Assembly (NCBI RefSeq): GCF_003704095.1
Contig: NW_020843751.1
Location: 248,001-301,525, forward strand
Direction of reading: 5' to 3'
Source of the DNA: Pocillopora damicornis
Lineage: Eukaryota
DNA length: 53,525 nucleotides
This document shows positions 1 through 11,641 of the stretch, piece after piece; the stretch's first letter is position 1, and the number at the start of each line of letters is the position of its first letter. A program made the position numbers and the translations under genes. The notes below the pieces were generated by a model. That model searched no databases, was not told the origin of the DNA, and worked only from the letters and a program-made list of their open reading frames with translations.

Positions 1-1023
1 AATTTTTGCATATGACCAAGATAGGAAAAAAATTTACTTCCTTATGGAAAAAATGTTCCGGCTTTTCAAGAAACTTGCGAAATAACTTGTAATGCGACAA
101 CTTTAACACTAAATAAAATTTATCGCCTCGCTTTTCCAAACAGATGGAAAATTTCTGAAAAACACTTTACAATACGAAGACCACAGCTTGAAATAAAGTT
201 ATCGCGTTTTGGAGAAATGTCAAATTGCACACAGGTTAATTATCATTTTAACTGGAAAACCACTTGAATCTCTTTGGGGAAGTATTAATGTTAAATAAAA
301 TTTCATTAATTTTTAAATGTGGTTTACGAAGGGCGTTCAAATGTCATCTTCTCGGAATGAACACAATTATAATATTATTCAGAATTGACTTTTTTTTTAA
401 TCGAAGGCGACCTCGATATCAGCCGGATTCTTACAGGTGTTGTTCGCGAAAAAAAAGACTATGACGAGATAAAATTTCCTTCGCTCCGAATCGGCCTCAA
501 AAAACACTATCCTTTTCGTTAATTTCCTATGCCTGCGTTTTCCTGAGTGGGTCAATCAGAATTAACTAACCATGGTTAAAATTGTAAAGTGCAATTATTT
601 TAAATTTAGACTAAATTATTCCATTTGGATATTTTCCTAAAATAGAACAGGAACATTCAAATTTTCTCTTCCGTGGATAATAAATAAAACGTCCCTTGTG
701 CATCATGAAGCATCAATCATATGATGTCATATTTTGAAGTGTGAAAACTGAAGAGGCAAACAAGGAAAAACACGAATCTTAGCGCTTCAAGCATAGACAG
801 ATCTACCAACTTCTCTGCAAAATATTCGGCATGATCTAGGCTGGTACCGACTTATATAGCGCAAATCGAAAGCTGTTGAAAAGCAATAAAATTCTTATTG
901 AATAACTTTCACAAAAGTAGCCCGAAATTAGCCCTCTCAGCTGTCAAAACAAAATAATCGTCCGATAGTTGACAAATTCCCGCCGAGATTGTCACGAATG
1001 AAATCAATACACAGTTCACTCAC

Positions 1024-1144
1024 CGTCATCCATGGGCGAAATACAAGGAAATCCTTCCAACTCTTTGGGTTTTTCTTCAGCATCACTGACGCTTGTTAAA
1101 AGGACGGTCGACGTCCCGTATTTGGTTGTATCTTCCATGGCCAT
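1024..1144 (-). CDS. Probable first coding exon of an unidentified gene that continues left out of the window
   Basis: Minus strand reads ATG GCC ATG GAA... MAMEDTTKYGTSTVLLTSVSDAEEKPKELEGFPCISPMDD, followed by a consensus G|GTGAGT donor (1023-1018). The second ATG has a good context (GCCATGG). No homology recognised. Confidence 0.4.
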
Positions 1145-2337
1145 TTAAGCAAATCGATCATTCCTAACACTGGGCGACGTCCATATCGACTATTAATCCC
1201 TTGATGCAGTGAATACACATTTTAAGCGTCGTCCAAACTTTCCTTGGAAGTCTGGGTAATTTTCTCTGACTTGGGGGTGATCTGGGAAGAGGACGAAAAA
1301 ATCAAAACTCCTGATCTGATTGGTCAAAACCTGTGATAATTTCAGAAGTAATACGTATGAGAAATTCTCCGCCTTAATGATCTTCTGACGCGAATTCTGT
1401 ACTTAAGGTACTCAAGGAGGCCTGTGAATCTTGTTAATATGAAGAGATGATTTCATCCAGTTATTGTTTTAAGGCGAAGAAACTCTTGATTGCAATAAAC
1501 TCAGACTTAAAAAGGATTAGTGGGTAAATATATTAGTGGAAAAAAATAAGCATTTGCAAAAACTGAAAATAAACGAAGACCAAAAACACAGAACTTCAAC
1601 GGGGTAGCTGTTACGTAAACAGCATGAGTGACGACCAAATATTTCAGTGGATGACGATTGCGTGACAGTTTTCCAAAGCAGGTACAGGTAAATGATTTCA
1701 TATAAACCAACAGAATAATGATAGAAGAAAGTAGAAACCCATTTCACTCCCGAAAAAGAGAGTTGTTATTATGGTAAAGCCTTTATGCATGCTACCGAAA
1801 CCTTTTGTTGTGGTTCAATTTTATCCTTGGTTCAAATTTTTTACTTTCTATTGTTTTTGGGTATTGAAATGTATGATAATGAGTTTGAAACAAAGGAAAA
1901 GAAAATTTGAACCAAGGATAAAATTGAGCTACAACACCTTTCTTTATTGGGACTGGGATGGGTTAACCCCCTCACTGTTCGAGGAGGTCTGGGAAAGAGG
2001 CCCGCGACATTTCAGTTCTTGATGTTAAAAACTTAACTTTATTCGTCTCTTGAAGGGTGTCGTTTCATCCCTCTTGAACCGGAAATTAATATACCCTTAA
2101 TATTTGTTTAAAATCAAAATCTTGTGTTTGGTATTTGGAGCTCTACTTCTCAGCAAACGGGGGAGTTACAATCTCTTATTGGAAGAGATTGTGAATGAAC
2201 GAAAACCATTTGTGTCACTGAACAAGATCGAACACAATTTGGCTGGCTGTCGGCTTTTAGGAAAATTAAGTTATTGTTGCTCTTCTGTTTGTTGTTTAAT
2301 AACTTGAAAAACAACAGGTTCTTCAGCTTGTTTGGTG

Positions 2338-5300
2338 ATGTCCTACGTTCGTATTCTGGGTGGAACAGCAGCAGTTAGCTGCAGTCTTTATGCATATTAC
2401 AGATTTCGTGACAATGGAAGACAGGTTTGTGAAATAAATCGATTTCTTTCTGCTTAAAAAAATATTGAGGCGTTCTTTGAAAGGAATGCGTTACATTTGG
2501 CCGGGATTAAATACAATAATGTTCGTTTTTATGTCCATGACTTCGACTCAACTCACAAATAATCCTTTATTTAGCGATGCAAACAATAAAATATGGTTAG
2601 ATGACTGCCCGTGTAGCAAGGAGTTATTGTTATTTCCAGCTGTGTGGTAATTTACACATGAACTGCAAGGGTACAGCTTGGTAAGGTCTCTTGCGTGTAT
2701 GCGAGCCCCTTTCTTTCCGAAATGAGTGAATTTACGATGCTAAAACAAGATGGCATATCCCTCAAAGGCAAGTATAACGACACTGAAACGTTTTCCCCGG
2801 CATGTATCCCTCTTTGATTATGTACTGCCAGGTTGAAGTAATAAACTTTACAAAACCTTACATTATTTCTTTTACCTGAAGTGCTCAGAAACCATTGGTT
2901 ATGTGAAGTTTCATGTAGAATTAAAAAAAGGCTGTGTTAGTTTTACATTTTAGTTATGTAAGATGTGGATCAGATTACATGAGAACTGACCAAATCGTAG
3001 CATCTAATTTCTTCCTAAGATATCTCCCCTGAATCACAAATTAAGGTCAGGAGAATAAAGGAAAAGATCACTATCTTAAAATTCTCTTGATTATTAAAAA
3101 AATTATCCTTATCAGCTTCTTAGGAAATTTACTGTTAAAGAGAGCAGTTTTGTCCAAACATACATACTGGTGTTAGGATACAAAGGGTTAATCCTTTAAC
3201 TCCTAAGAGTGACTAACATTTAATTTCTCCTCACAATATCACCACTGAATCACACATTAATGTCATGAGAATGAAGGAAATGATCACCAACTAAAGAAAC
3301 TCTTGATCATCAAACAAATTCTCCTTGTCAGAACTTAGGTAAATATACAGAGAACAGTATAGAGAATTTGAATACTGATGTTAGGTTAATTTAATATAAA
3401 TCTTCCCTGTCATTTAGAATCCTCTGCTGTCAGTGTCTGCAGCAGAGTCAGGTGTGGCTCAGAGACCAAACAATCCATTGCCATCCAGATCAGTCCAAAT
3501 TGACTCCTTGAAGAACACACCAGAATTTGATGTTTTAGTGATTGGAGGAGGTGCCACTGGATGTGGGGTGGCTCTGGATTCTGTCACCAGAGGTACAAAC
3601 CTGAAATAACAGTTGAAATGTAAATTTTATAGAAAGCTAATTCATTCAGGATGTATTTTTGAGGAAGAGTTAGTTCCTTACAATGTGCATGTGGAGTTAT
3701 GCAGCTGATTTAACCCTTTAACTCCCAGAAGTGATTAGCATGTAACTTCTCCCAATAATATCCATACATTAACCTGCACACAGTTAATAAGAATACTTAA
3801 ACTAATCAGGTGGAGGTTGTTATCTTGATCCAACACCAAATTCTCGTAACTTATTTTCAAGGAGATGTGTTGCAGCTGAAGGAGAGAATTAACAATCAGA
3901 TCTTGGGACTTAAAGGGTTAAGGGTTTTGGTTGTGTTGTTCGTTTCATCGTCAGATAAATGAATAAAAGGAGTAAATTTCTAAAGAAACTGTGGTGCTGC
4001 ATCAGTGGGGCATATTACAAGATATTTTGGTTGTATCAACTGGGTTGATAAAGTAAATTGGCCACCATGAAGAGTTTCTAAAGCTATTTTGATTGTTAGC
4101 CCTTCCTTGAAGTAAACAGTTAGTTTCCTGAAGTTATTTTTTTCCATAATGACCACTTTGAAGAATACTGATCTGTGTGGATTGATTCCTTAGGGTTAAG
4201 TACAGCTTTGGTGGAAATGGATGACTTTTCATCTGGAACAAGCAGCCGCAGTACCAAATTGATTCATGGAGGAGTACGCTATCTACAGAAAGCTATCATG
4301 AAGCTAGACAGAGAGCAGGTCAGACCTGTGGATTCTTATCTAACAAAAGGGATTATTTCATCTTGTGTTAATCTAGTGAGGTTAAGATAGATATTACGGC
4401 AAATTTATGTTGTATATAGTTTATATATACATTTAGATTTAATTTATTTTTCTTAGCTTTTTGAAAAATAATGCAATAAAGTTGTTTATCTCTTAGGTTA
4501 CAAAGTAATTCTTAATTTGTCTTTAAATCTACAGTATCGTCTAGTAAAAGAAGCATTACATGAAAGAGCAAACCTGTTGGCTATTGCTCCACACTTGTCT
4601 GCACCATTACCAATCATGTTACCTGTCTACAGGCAAGTTCAATATAGAGCATGTTTTACGTTAGAGATTTCTCCAAGAGAACCTTGTCTCTAACAAGAAG
4701 TACATGTAATGGTATCCTTCAATACTTGGTATTTATAGCTCAGTGAAGCTGTAAAATTTATTGTAATGGGTGTAAACAGAAGCTTTTAATTTAGGGCTTA
4801 AGTTTCTGGTACAATTTCCAACCATTTAACAAATATTTTGACCCTTAGGTGGTGGCAGCTTCCTTACTTCTGGGCTGGACTTAAGATGTATGATCTTGTC
4901 TCGGGGAGACAGCTTCTCAAGAGTAGCTACGTTGTTGGGAAGCAGAGGGCCTTGGAACTTTTTCCAATGCTCAAGAAAGAGAAATTGTGTGGTGCTATTA
5001 TCTATTACGATGGTTAGTAATTAAAAATATGTCTTTCAAAACTGCCTTTACCAGATTGCAATAGCAGTATGAAGTGATGTGATAATTACACCTTTGACTC
5101 TTAAGAGTGACTTGTATCTAATTTCTCCCAACAGTATTATCCCTGAATCACACATTAAGGTCGCAAGAATCTAGGAAATGATCACCTTCTAAAGAAGCTC
5201 TTGATTGTTAAACAAATTCTCCTTGTCTGCACAATAGAAAGTGTATAAAGAAAAGTATGGAGAATTAGGATACATTTATGTATACAGAAGTTAGAGTTTA

Positions 5301-8300
5301 AAGGGCTTAGTTACACATTTCTGTTGATGTGAAGATTGTCAAGATTGCATCCACAGGGCAGCACAATGATGCAAGAATGAATCTTGCTATTGGCCTGACA
5401 GCTGTCAGGCATGGAGCATCAGCTGCCAACCATGTGGAGGTCCTGTCTCTTCTTAAACAGAAGGGTATGTTCTGTGAGTTTTCAAATATTAGCAATCATT
5501 GTTGGATTTTTTTTTCGGAATGGTACCATGTTGTCTGTTACAATAAGGCAGGGGATTGGTGAATCCTTATATCCCAGTGGACTCTGATTGTCCTAGGAAG
5601 CTCTGAATATATCCCATATGCAATTTTATTACATTAAGTGAGATGGGACTGAAAAATTATGTTTAACATACTTGTACAACCTGATTATGTGGCAATCAGT
5701 CATTGCTCCTTCCTGCAAAATGGGCTTCAAAGTTTGTATGCAAGTAGCAAACATATAAGGCAAAGGTTTGTCAGCATAATCATATTTTCCACCACTGCTC
5801 ATTTACATATGAGGGGTATATCCTGTCCCTATCAAGAGAAAAAGCAGGGAAATATAATTACAAAACAAGAGGGGGATGTAGGGGAAGGAAGAAAGGATCT
5901 TACCCCTCACCCATCATTCTCAACTCCTTCCCATGCCCCTGCCAAAAGTTATATGCTTGCTTTTGCACCTGTCATCTTTGACTGAGAATCTGATGCAGGC
6001 TAATTGTACTAAGACCACAGAACTCAGATTTGTTGAAATTGTATTTCAGTGGAAGGTGCTGAGGAAGAAAGAGTTTGTGGAGCTCATGTAAGAGATTTGA
6101 TTTCTGGAGAAGAATTTGACATAAAGGCTAAATGTGTTGTGAATGCAACTGGTCCTTTCACTGATGCCATCAGGAAGATGGATGAACCAGCGGAAAAAAA
6201 CATTTGTCAGCCAAGTGCAGGAGTACATATTGTCCTTCCTGAATATTACAGGTATTTTGAATACAGAACTCTACGGTAGTCAATTATGTTAATCAGAATC
6301 ATGCTAAAGCACTGCTCAGAAATGTTGCGTTAAAAGTATCAAGTAAAAAGTACCTTGTTCAGCATGATCATCAGTGCCACAAGGAAGTAAGGCCAGAAGA
6401 AGTTCTCCTATGAATCGTCACACACTAGACTTAACACATACTTAACCCTTTACCTCTCATGAGTGATAGAGACAGAATTTATTATTACAATATTAACCAT
6501 TTCACCGCTAAGAGTGATTACTATCTTTTCCCCTGTCAGTATTACCCCTAAAACAAACATAAAAACAAATATATAAATTAGGAGGATATGTAGTTGATGC
6601 AATATCAAGTTCTCCGAAACAAACATCATAAGAATGGTATGGTAGACAGTAAGGAGAACTACTAAGTAAAAGAGATCTTGGAAATTTAAAGGTTAAAAAT
6701 TCAAGCTTCCTATTGCGGCACGTTAAACAATACAACTGTATTTGAAAGTACTCTACCGTAGCTTTCATGTCAGTGGTCACAAATGAGGTTTTATTTTTAG
6801 ACTTAGAGGTAATAACCACGTAGTACCCGAAGACAGGAATGCGTCTCTGAATCAAGAACAATTGTTTGTGTGTTGATTGTTTTGTTTCCGTTCATCGCAG
6901 TCCATCGGACATGGGACTTCTAGACCCTGCCACAAGCGATGGGCGTGTCATTTTTTTCCTCCCATGGGAAGGTGAGCCGAAGTTCTTTGCAGTAATGGAA
7001 AAGTTTGACCAGTTTGCCGTAGAGTAAACTTTGGCTGTAATATTGTTATTGTTTTTTGTAATGTTGCAGGAAAGACGATAGCAGGCACTACTGATACACC
7101 AACAGAACTGTCGTTCAACCCCTTACCAAAAGAGGCCGAGATACAGTTTATTCTGAGTGAGATAAGACACTACCTGAGCCCAGACGTTGACGGTGAGTAA
7201 TTCTATCAAACGGCAGTGTGGGGAAATTTTTTTTTTTTTTTTTGGGGGGGGGGGGGGGGAGGTTTACGAATGTTTCCACTCGGTCTCAGTCCATAAGATG
7301 CAAAAGAACTTTGCAAAGTAATTTCCATTCTTTTCTGACGTTTGGTCAATAACGAGTGTATCTCTCTATCTCATGTTTGGTCGATTGCGTATGTTATATT
7401 ATCCAATTATCTTTTTCACACTTTCTTGCAGTTCGCCGTGGTGATGTACTAGCGGCCTGGAGCGGGATTCGGCCCTTGGTCATCGATCCCAACTCCAAAA
7501 ACACAGAATCCATCGCTCGAAACCATCTGATTCTTGTCAGCAAAAGTGGACTGGTGACTATTGCCGGCGGCAAATGGACAACTTACCGATCCATGGCTGT
7601 GGACACGATGGAGGCTGCTATAAAGGCGTGTGGGCTCAAACCAGCCAGAGAGTGTCAAACAGATGGACTTTTTCTCGAGGGAGGGGAAGGTTATTCACCG
7701 AATGACTTTATACGACTTGTGCAGGACTTTGGTCTCGAAGTGGAGGTTCGTAAAATTCTCCTTAGCACTCTTGAAGGAGCTACATCAATTTCCAAGGAGG
7801 ATTTTTATTGTTTACTTTTGTAATTGTTTTCATTTCATGTTTCTAATACAGATTGCCAAACATCTCTCCCACACTTACGGCAACAAAGCACCAGAAGTAG
7901 CCAAGCTTGCCAACATAACTGGACGTCGGTGGCCAGTCGTGGGGAAACGCCTTTTGGAGCAATTCCCGTACATTGAAGCAGAAATTAAATATGCCGTGCA
8001 GGAATATGCGTGTACGGTGGTTGATTTTCTCGCCCGAAGAACGCGTCTAGCGTTTTTAAACGCGCAAGCTGCCGCGGACGCCATTCCGAAGATTGCCGAT
8101 ATCATGGCGAAGGAACTGAAGTGGTCCAAAGCCAAGAAAGAGGTAACTGATGACTTTTTATGGGAGATAGGTTTTTGCATTGCACGATAATTCCAGTCAG
8201 GAGAAGCCGAAGTGACTTCGATTTGTCATCCTACGTTTGTTGCTTATAGTGACGTCATTTATGCGTCTGTCCGCCAATAGATCATAAGGAAGAACCAATC

Positions 8301-9058
8301 AAAGTGCGTGTATCATTGACCTTTTCAGATGATGACATTTCTTTTTCCAGGCTGAGATAGCAGACGCTAACAAGTTTCTCGAAGCCATGGGATTAGAGGT
8401 TCTTGACCACGTCCGACGCGTGGAGGTCAATTTCAACAACGACGAAATCAAAGAATACGAGAAAATTTTCCAAAAAGCCAACAAATCAAAGCGGGGGTGT
8501 GTGACCTCGGTCGACTTAAGGAACATGCTGAAAGCTATGGGTGAAGATGTGTCAGAGGAACATCTTCATGAAGTCATAGCAGAGGTGGATACCAACAGAA
8601 ACTCGTGTGTCGAACTGGATGAGTTTTTGCAGGTAAAAAAAAGTATTTTTCAGTAAATTAAGGATTATTCATAACCTCTCGTTCTTTTGTTCTTCCGGTT
8701 ATCGACTCTTTCGTTCATTTTTTCGACCGTTTAATAGTTCCTTTGTTCTTTATTTGTTCCTTTTAACTACTTTTCTTGAAGTCTGCTTTCCATTCCATTT
8801 TCCTTGCATGGCCTCGCATTTCCAATTTTCGCGTGTCCTAATTCATAAAATCTTTGATGCAGTATCAAATTCTTACTACTAACATCAATAAATGAAGCGG
8901 ACGATGGTGCGAGAATTATTATTTTTTCTGTGCTTCAGGTCATGAGTGCTATCAAGACTGGAGCAGTCGCCAACAATCGGTTTGCCGTCATTATAGACCG
9001 CCATCATAAACACTTGACACGTGAGATTCCCGTGGATCGTAGCGGCGGCGGACTATGA
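2338..9058 (+). CDS. GPD2: Mitochondrial FAD-dependent glycerol-3-phosphate dehydrogenase, 13 coding exons: 2338-2424, 3418-3592, 4194-4318, 4535-4632, 4849-5012, 5357-5464, 6050-6251, 6901-6971, 7070-7192, 7432-7745, 7852-8142, 8351-8632, 8939-9058
   Basis: Spliced translation contains [18 protein letters not shown] (FAD binding), [60 protein letters not shown], a C-terminal EF-hand [12 protein letters not shown] and the end [10 protein letters not shown]. All splice phases are compatible; intron 4 is GC-AG. Confidence 0.97.
3000..3389. mobile_element. Two adjacent copies of a ~200-bp TTAA-flanked MITE family
   Basis: Both copies carry the internal motif ctgaatcaca.attaa.gtca.gagaat.aaggaaa.gatcac. 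The first ends ...AAAGGG-TTAA (3188-3191) and the second starts there with TCCTTTAACTCC. Confidence 0.7.
3710..3921. mobile_element. piggyBac-like MITE with TTAA target-site duplication
   Basis: TTAA-CCCTTTAACTCCCA ... TGGGACTTAAAGGG-TTAA: a 14-bp terminal inverted repeat with one mismatch, TTAA on both sides, no coding capacity. Confidence 0.8.
3965..4110 (+). repeat. Degenerate partial copy of the repeat at 10853-11090
   Basis: Shares aaaggag...tttct.aagaaactg..gtgc.gc.tc.gtggg and tatcaac.g.gt..ataa.gt.aattggcc..c.t.aagagtt with that element. Confidence 0.65.
5090..5308. mobile_element. MITE copy (TTAA/CCCTTT family)
   Basis: cctttgactcttaagagtgact...ctgaatcacacattaaggtc...ggaaatgatcacc...tttaaaggg; closely resembles 3192-3389. 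Confidence 0.7.
6442..6697. mobile_element. MITE copy (TTAA/CCCTTT family)
   Basis: TTAACCCTTTACCTCTCATGAGTGA ... GAGATCTTGGAAATTTAAAGGTTAA; similar to the copy at 21070-21282. Confidence 0.65.
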
Positions 9059-10852
9059 CGTGGTCAGTCAATTATTTGAGCCAGAGCGCCTTTTTTGGCG
9101 CCCATTTGCCACGCGATTCATTACTGACCAATCACTTTTGTGGTAAATTACGGTGACTGCGTAAATATTTAGCCAATCATTAACGGGTTTTTTCCTTCCC
9201 TGAAGTACTGAGAAAATTACTTAACTGGAAAAATTGGAGGTTTAATCAAATTACTTGAGCAAAGGGAATGAAAAAAACGTCATGTATTGAATCCATTCTT
9301 ACTATATGCTATATTAGTTACCAGTCTATCCACAACGTCACACTGAATTGTTTATAGTTTCCAAATGAGAATAAGAACTCGTATGACGTAACCACTTTTC
9401 TCGTTAACCCGTTTGAAGTGTAAAAGTGGATGTAGACTTTCGGTAACACAAGGGAGGGGAAAAATTGTCTTGTTTCTGAACAATAACAAGAAGAGTTTTT
9501 TCGATTTAATTGTAATGTTATTAATTAATCATGTTATTATCAATAAATTAATAGCAATGCTACTTTGCTAGTAACACGCGATTCTCGCCTCCTAATAGCA
9601 CATTCGGAGTAATGAAGCATCGAACGGCTAAGCACACTTTTTTTCTTTTCCTATGATTTGTCGCTTTTACTTCGTCAAAATATGCTTGTACATGCATAGA
9701 CTATTAATAGCAATAAGTAAAAGTTTATAGGTACGTGAAACGACGCTAAGCCACTATTTGTATCCTAGTGGTAACAATAAAAATGTGTGTATTTTTTGTT
9801 TAATTTTTACCTTGATTTCCAGTGCGGCAGAACTTACTACTAGCGCCAAAGGCAGGATATGTCACCGATGGTAATCGCGGGAAAAATTATGAGAGGCAAG
9901 CGCGGCAAAATGCGCATAAGCCAAGTCACATGTCCTTTTGGACTGATCTTTTATCGGCTGAAAAAATTGCATATTAGCCGTGATTGGTTGGGCTACGTAA
10001 CACGTGCAAACAATCAGGGATTTCCGCCAAGTTATCACCAAAATCAGAGAATTTCGATAAAAAGGGCTCCAGTAAGATTGCGTAAGCTTTCCAGAACTCA
10101 AGAAAGTTGAGGAAAGCTTTCACTTGTTTGAGAATGCCGTTGAATTTAAGAGCGAATTTCGAAAGACCTTAAAACTTCAATGTAAAGGCTCGGTATAATT
10201 CCAGTGCAACTATTGAATAGTCTTAAAAGAACTGGAATGATCATTCTCTATTTGAACAGCTGAAAGGTGTGAGAGAAAAGACTAATTTTTTAAAGATATT
10301 TCATGCTGCTTTCCATACCACACCAACATTTAAAGGACGCCTGAGTTCGAAAAACAATAGGGACCAGAGTTAAAATTTATGTTTATATGAAAGAGCATTC
10401 TCGAGCTCTAGTTAGAAAAAAACTGTCTCTAAGGCGGGAGCCCTAAGCTTTCAATCTACAGTTTTTAATGAGTAAGATATAACACCAAAATTGCAAAAAC
10501 CATGCAAAAATGAATAAAATGTAAACACGGTAGAATACGTACAATGTGCTTTTGTCGCGAAAATGGTGTTGATCTCAGAAACGGTTTGAGGCTGTTGTAT
10601 GCTTCCGTACTTTTAGCAGTTTGCGAAGATTTTGGTCGAATCCCCAAGTTTCCTAAATCTATCACGGACATTACGGAGTCAAAAGAATGGTCATTGTGTG
10701 GCCTCGGATGTTCGAGGCCTTTCTTACACATTATAACATTCATCGACGAAGTCGTTGTTGTTCATTCAGAACCCTTGCAATTTCATTTGCATAAACGGAA
10801 GGCAATTTGCTGAGCCCCTTATCTGAGTCGCCACGTAACATTATAGGACTTA

Positions 10853-11090
10853 ATAAAGGAGGAGGTTTCTGAAGAAACTGGTGCCGCGTCGGTGGGAGAG
10901 TGTAGCAGGGTAATTTAACATTATCAACCGAGTCATAACGTGAATTGGCCGGCGTAAAGAGTTGAAGAGCTGACGTTTCAAACGTTGGGCCCCTTGTCAG
11001 AGTGATTGACGAAGGGCTATCACTCGAAACGTCAGCTTTTATACTCTTTTACGGTGGCCAATTTACGTTATCAACTCAGTCGATAATACT
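10853..11090. repeat. Palindromic repeat (arms of about 80 bp) carrying two inverted minimal hammerhead-like motifs; probably derived from a Penelope-like element or retrozyme
   Basis: 10920-11000 is an imperfect reverse complement of 11006-11087. Plus strand: TTGACGA-A-GGGC-TATC-ACTC-GAAAC-GTC (11006-11033). Minus strand: CTGACAA...GAAAC-GTC (11000-10972). Confidence 0.65.
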
Positions 11091-11641
11091 AAATTATCCT
11101 ATTATAGGACTTGGCCAACTTCACTCAGTGTTTAGTCTGTTACAATGTCTGTTTCCCCAGGGGAACGGCAATTTGCTTACTCAGACCCCTCCTTTGTCGG
11201 TCCCAGATTCACTTAAAAATTTCTCACCAGACCCCACAACGCATTCAGATTTGTGACTTGATAAAATCTGTTTTACAATTCCCTTTACAAACCATAAATA
11301 GCAATTCCAGGAATCGCAGAATTTATTAAGTAAAAACTATGGTTATTTTCTTGTGACCACTTCAAGATAACTAAGATTTACATCACAGAGAGACAGCGTA
11401 GGCTAGGTAGCAATGCACACAAGAAAAGAATTCGCCGACAGTCATCTATTACATGCAAAGTATTGTAAACATCACAATATTTTGATATAATACGCCTCTT
11501 ATTACAAGAAGAGCGTATATAACTGCAGTTTAATTTAGAACCTCCACAGATTTCGGGCGAAGAAATCTTTCATTTCACTGCGATTTGACCTAAAAGGTTT
11601 CATTAAAAATATCAAGCTCTCTTAACTGATGATGACGAACA

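Noticed and set aside
7227-7262. T16-G17 homopolymer junction as a G-quadruplex or regulatory element
   Set aside because: Simple intronic homopolymers of unreliable length, with no further support.
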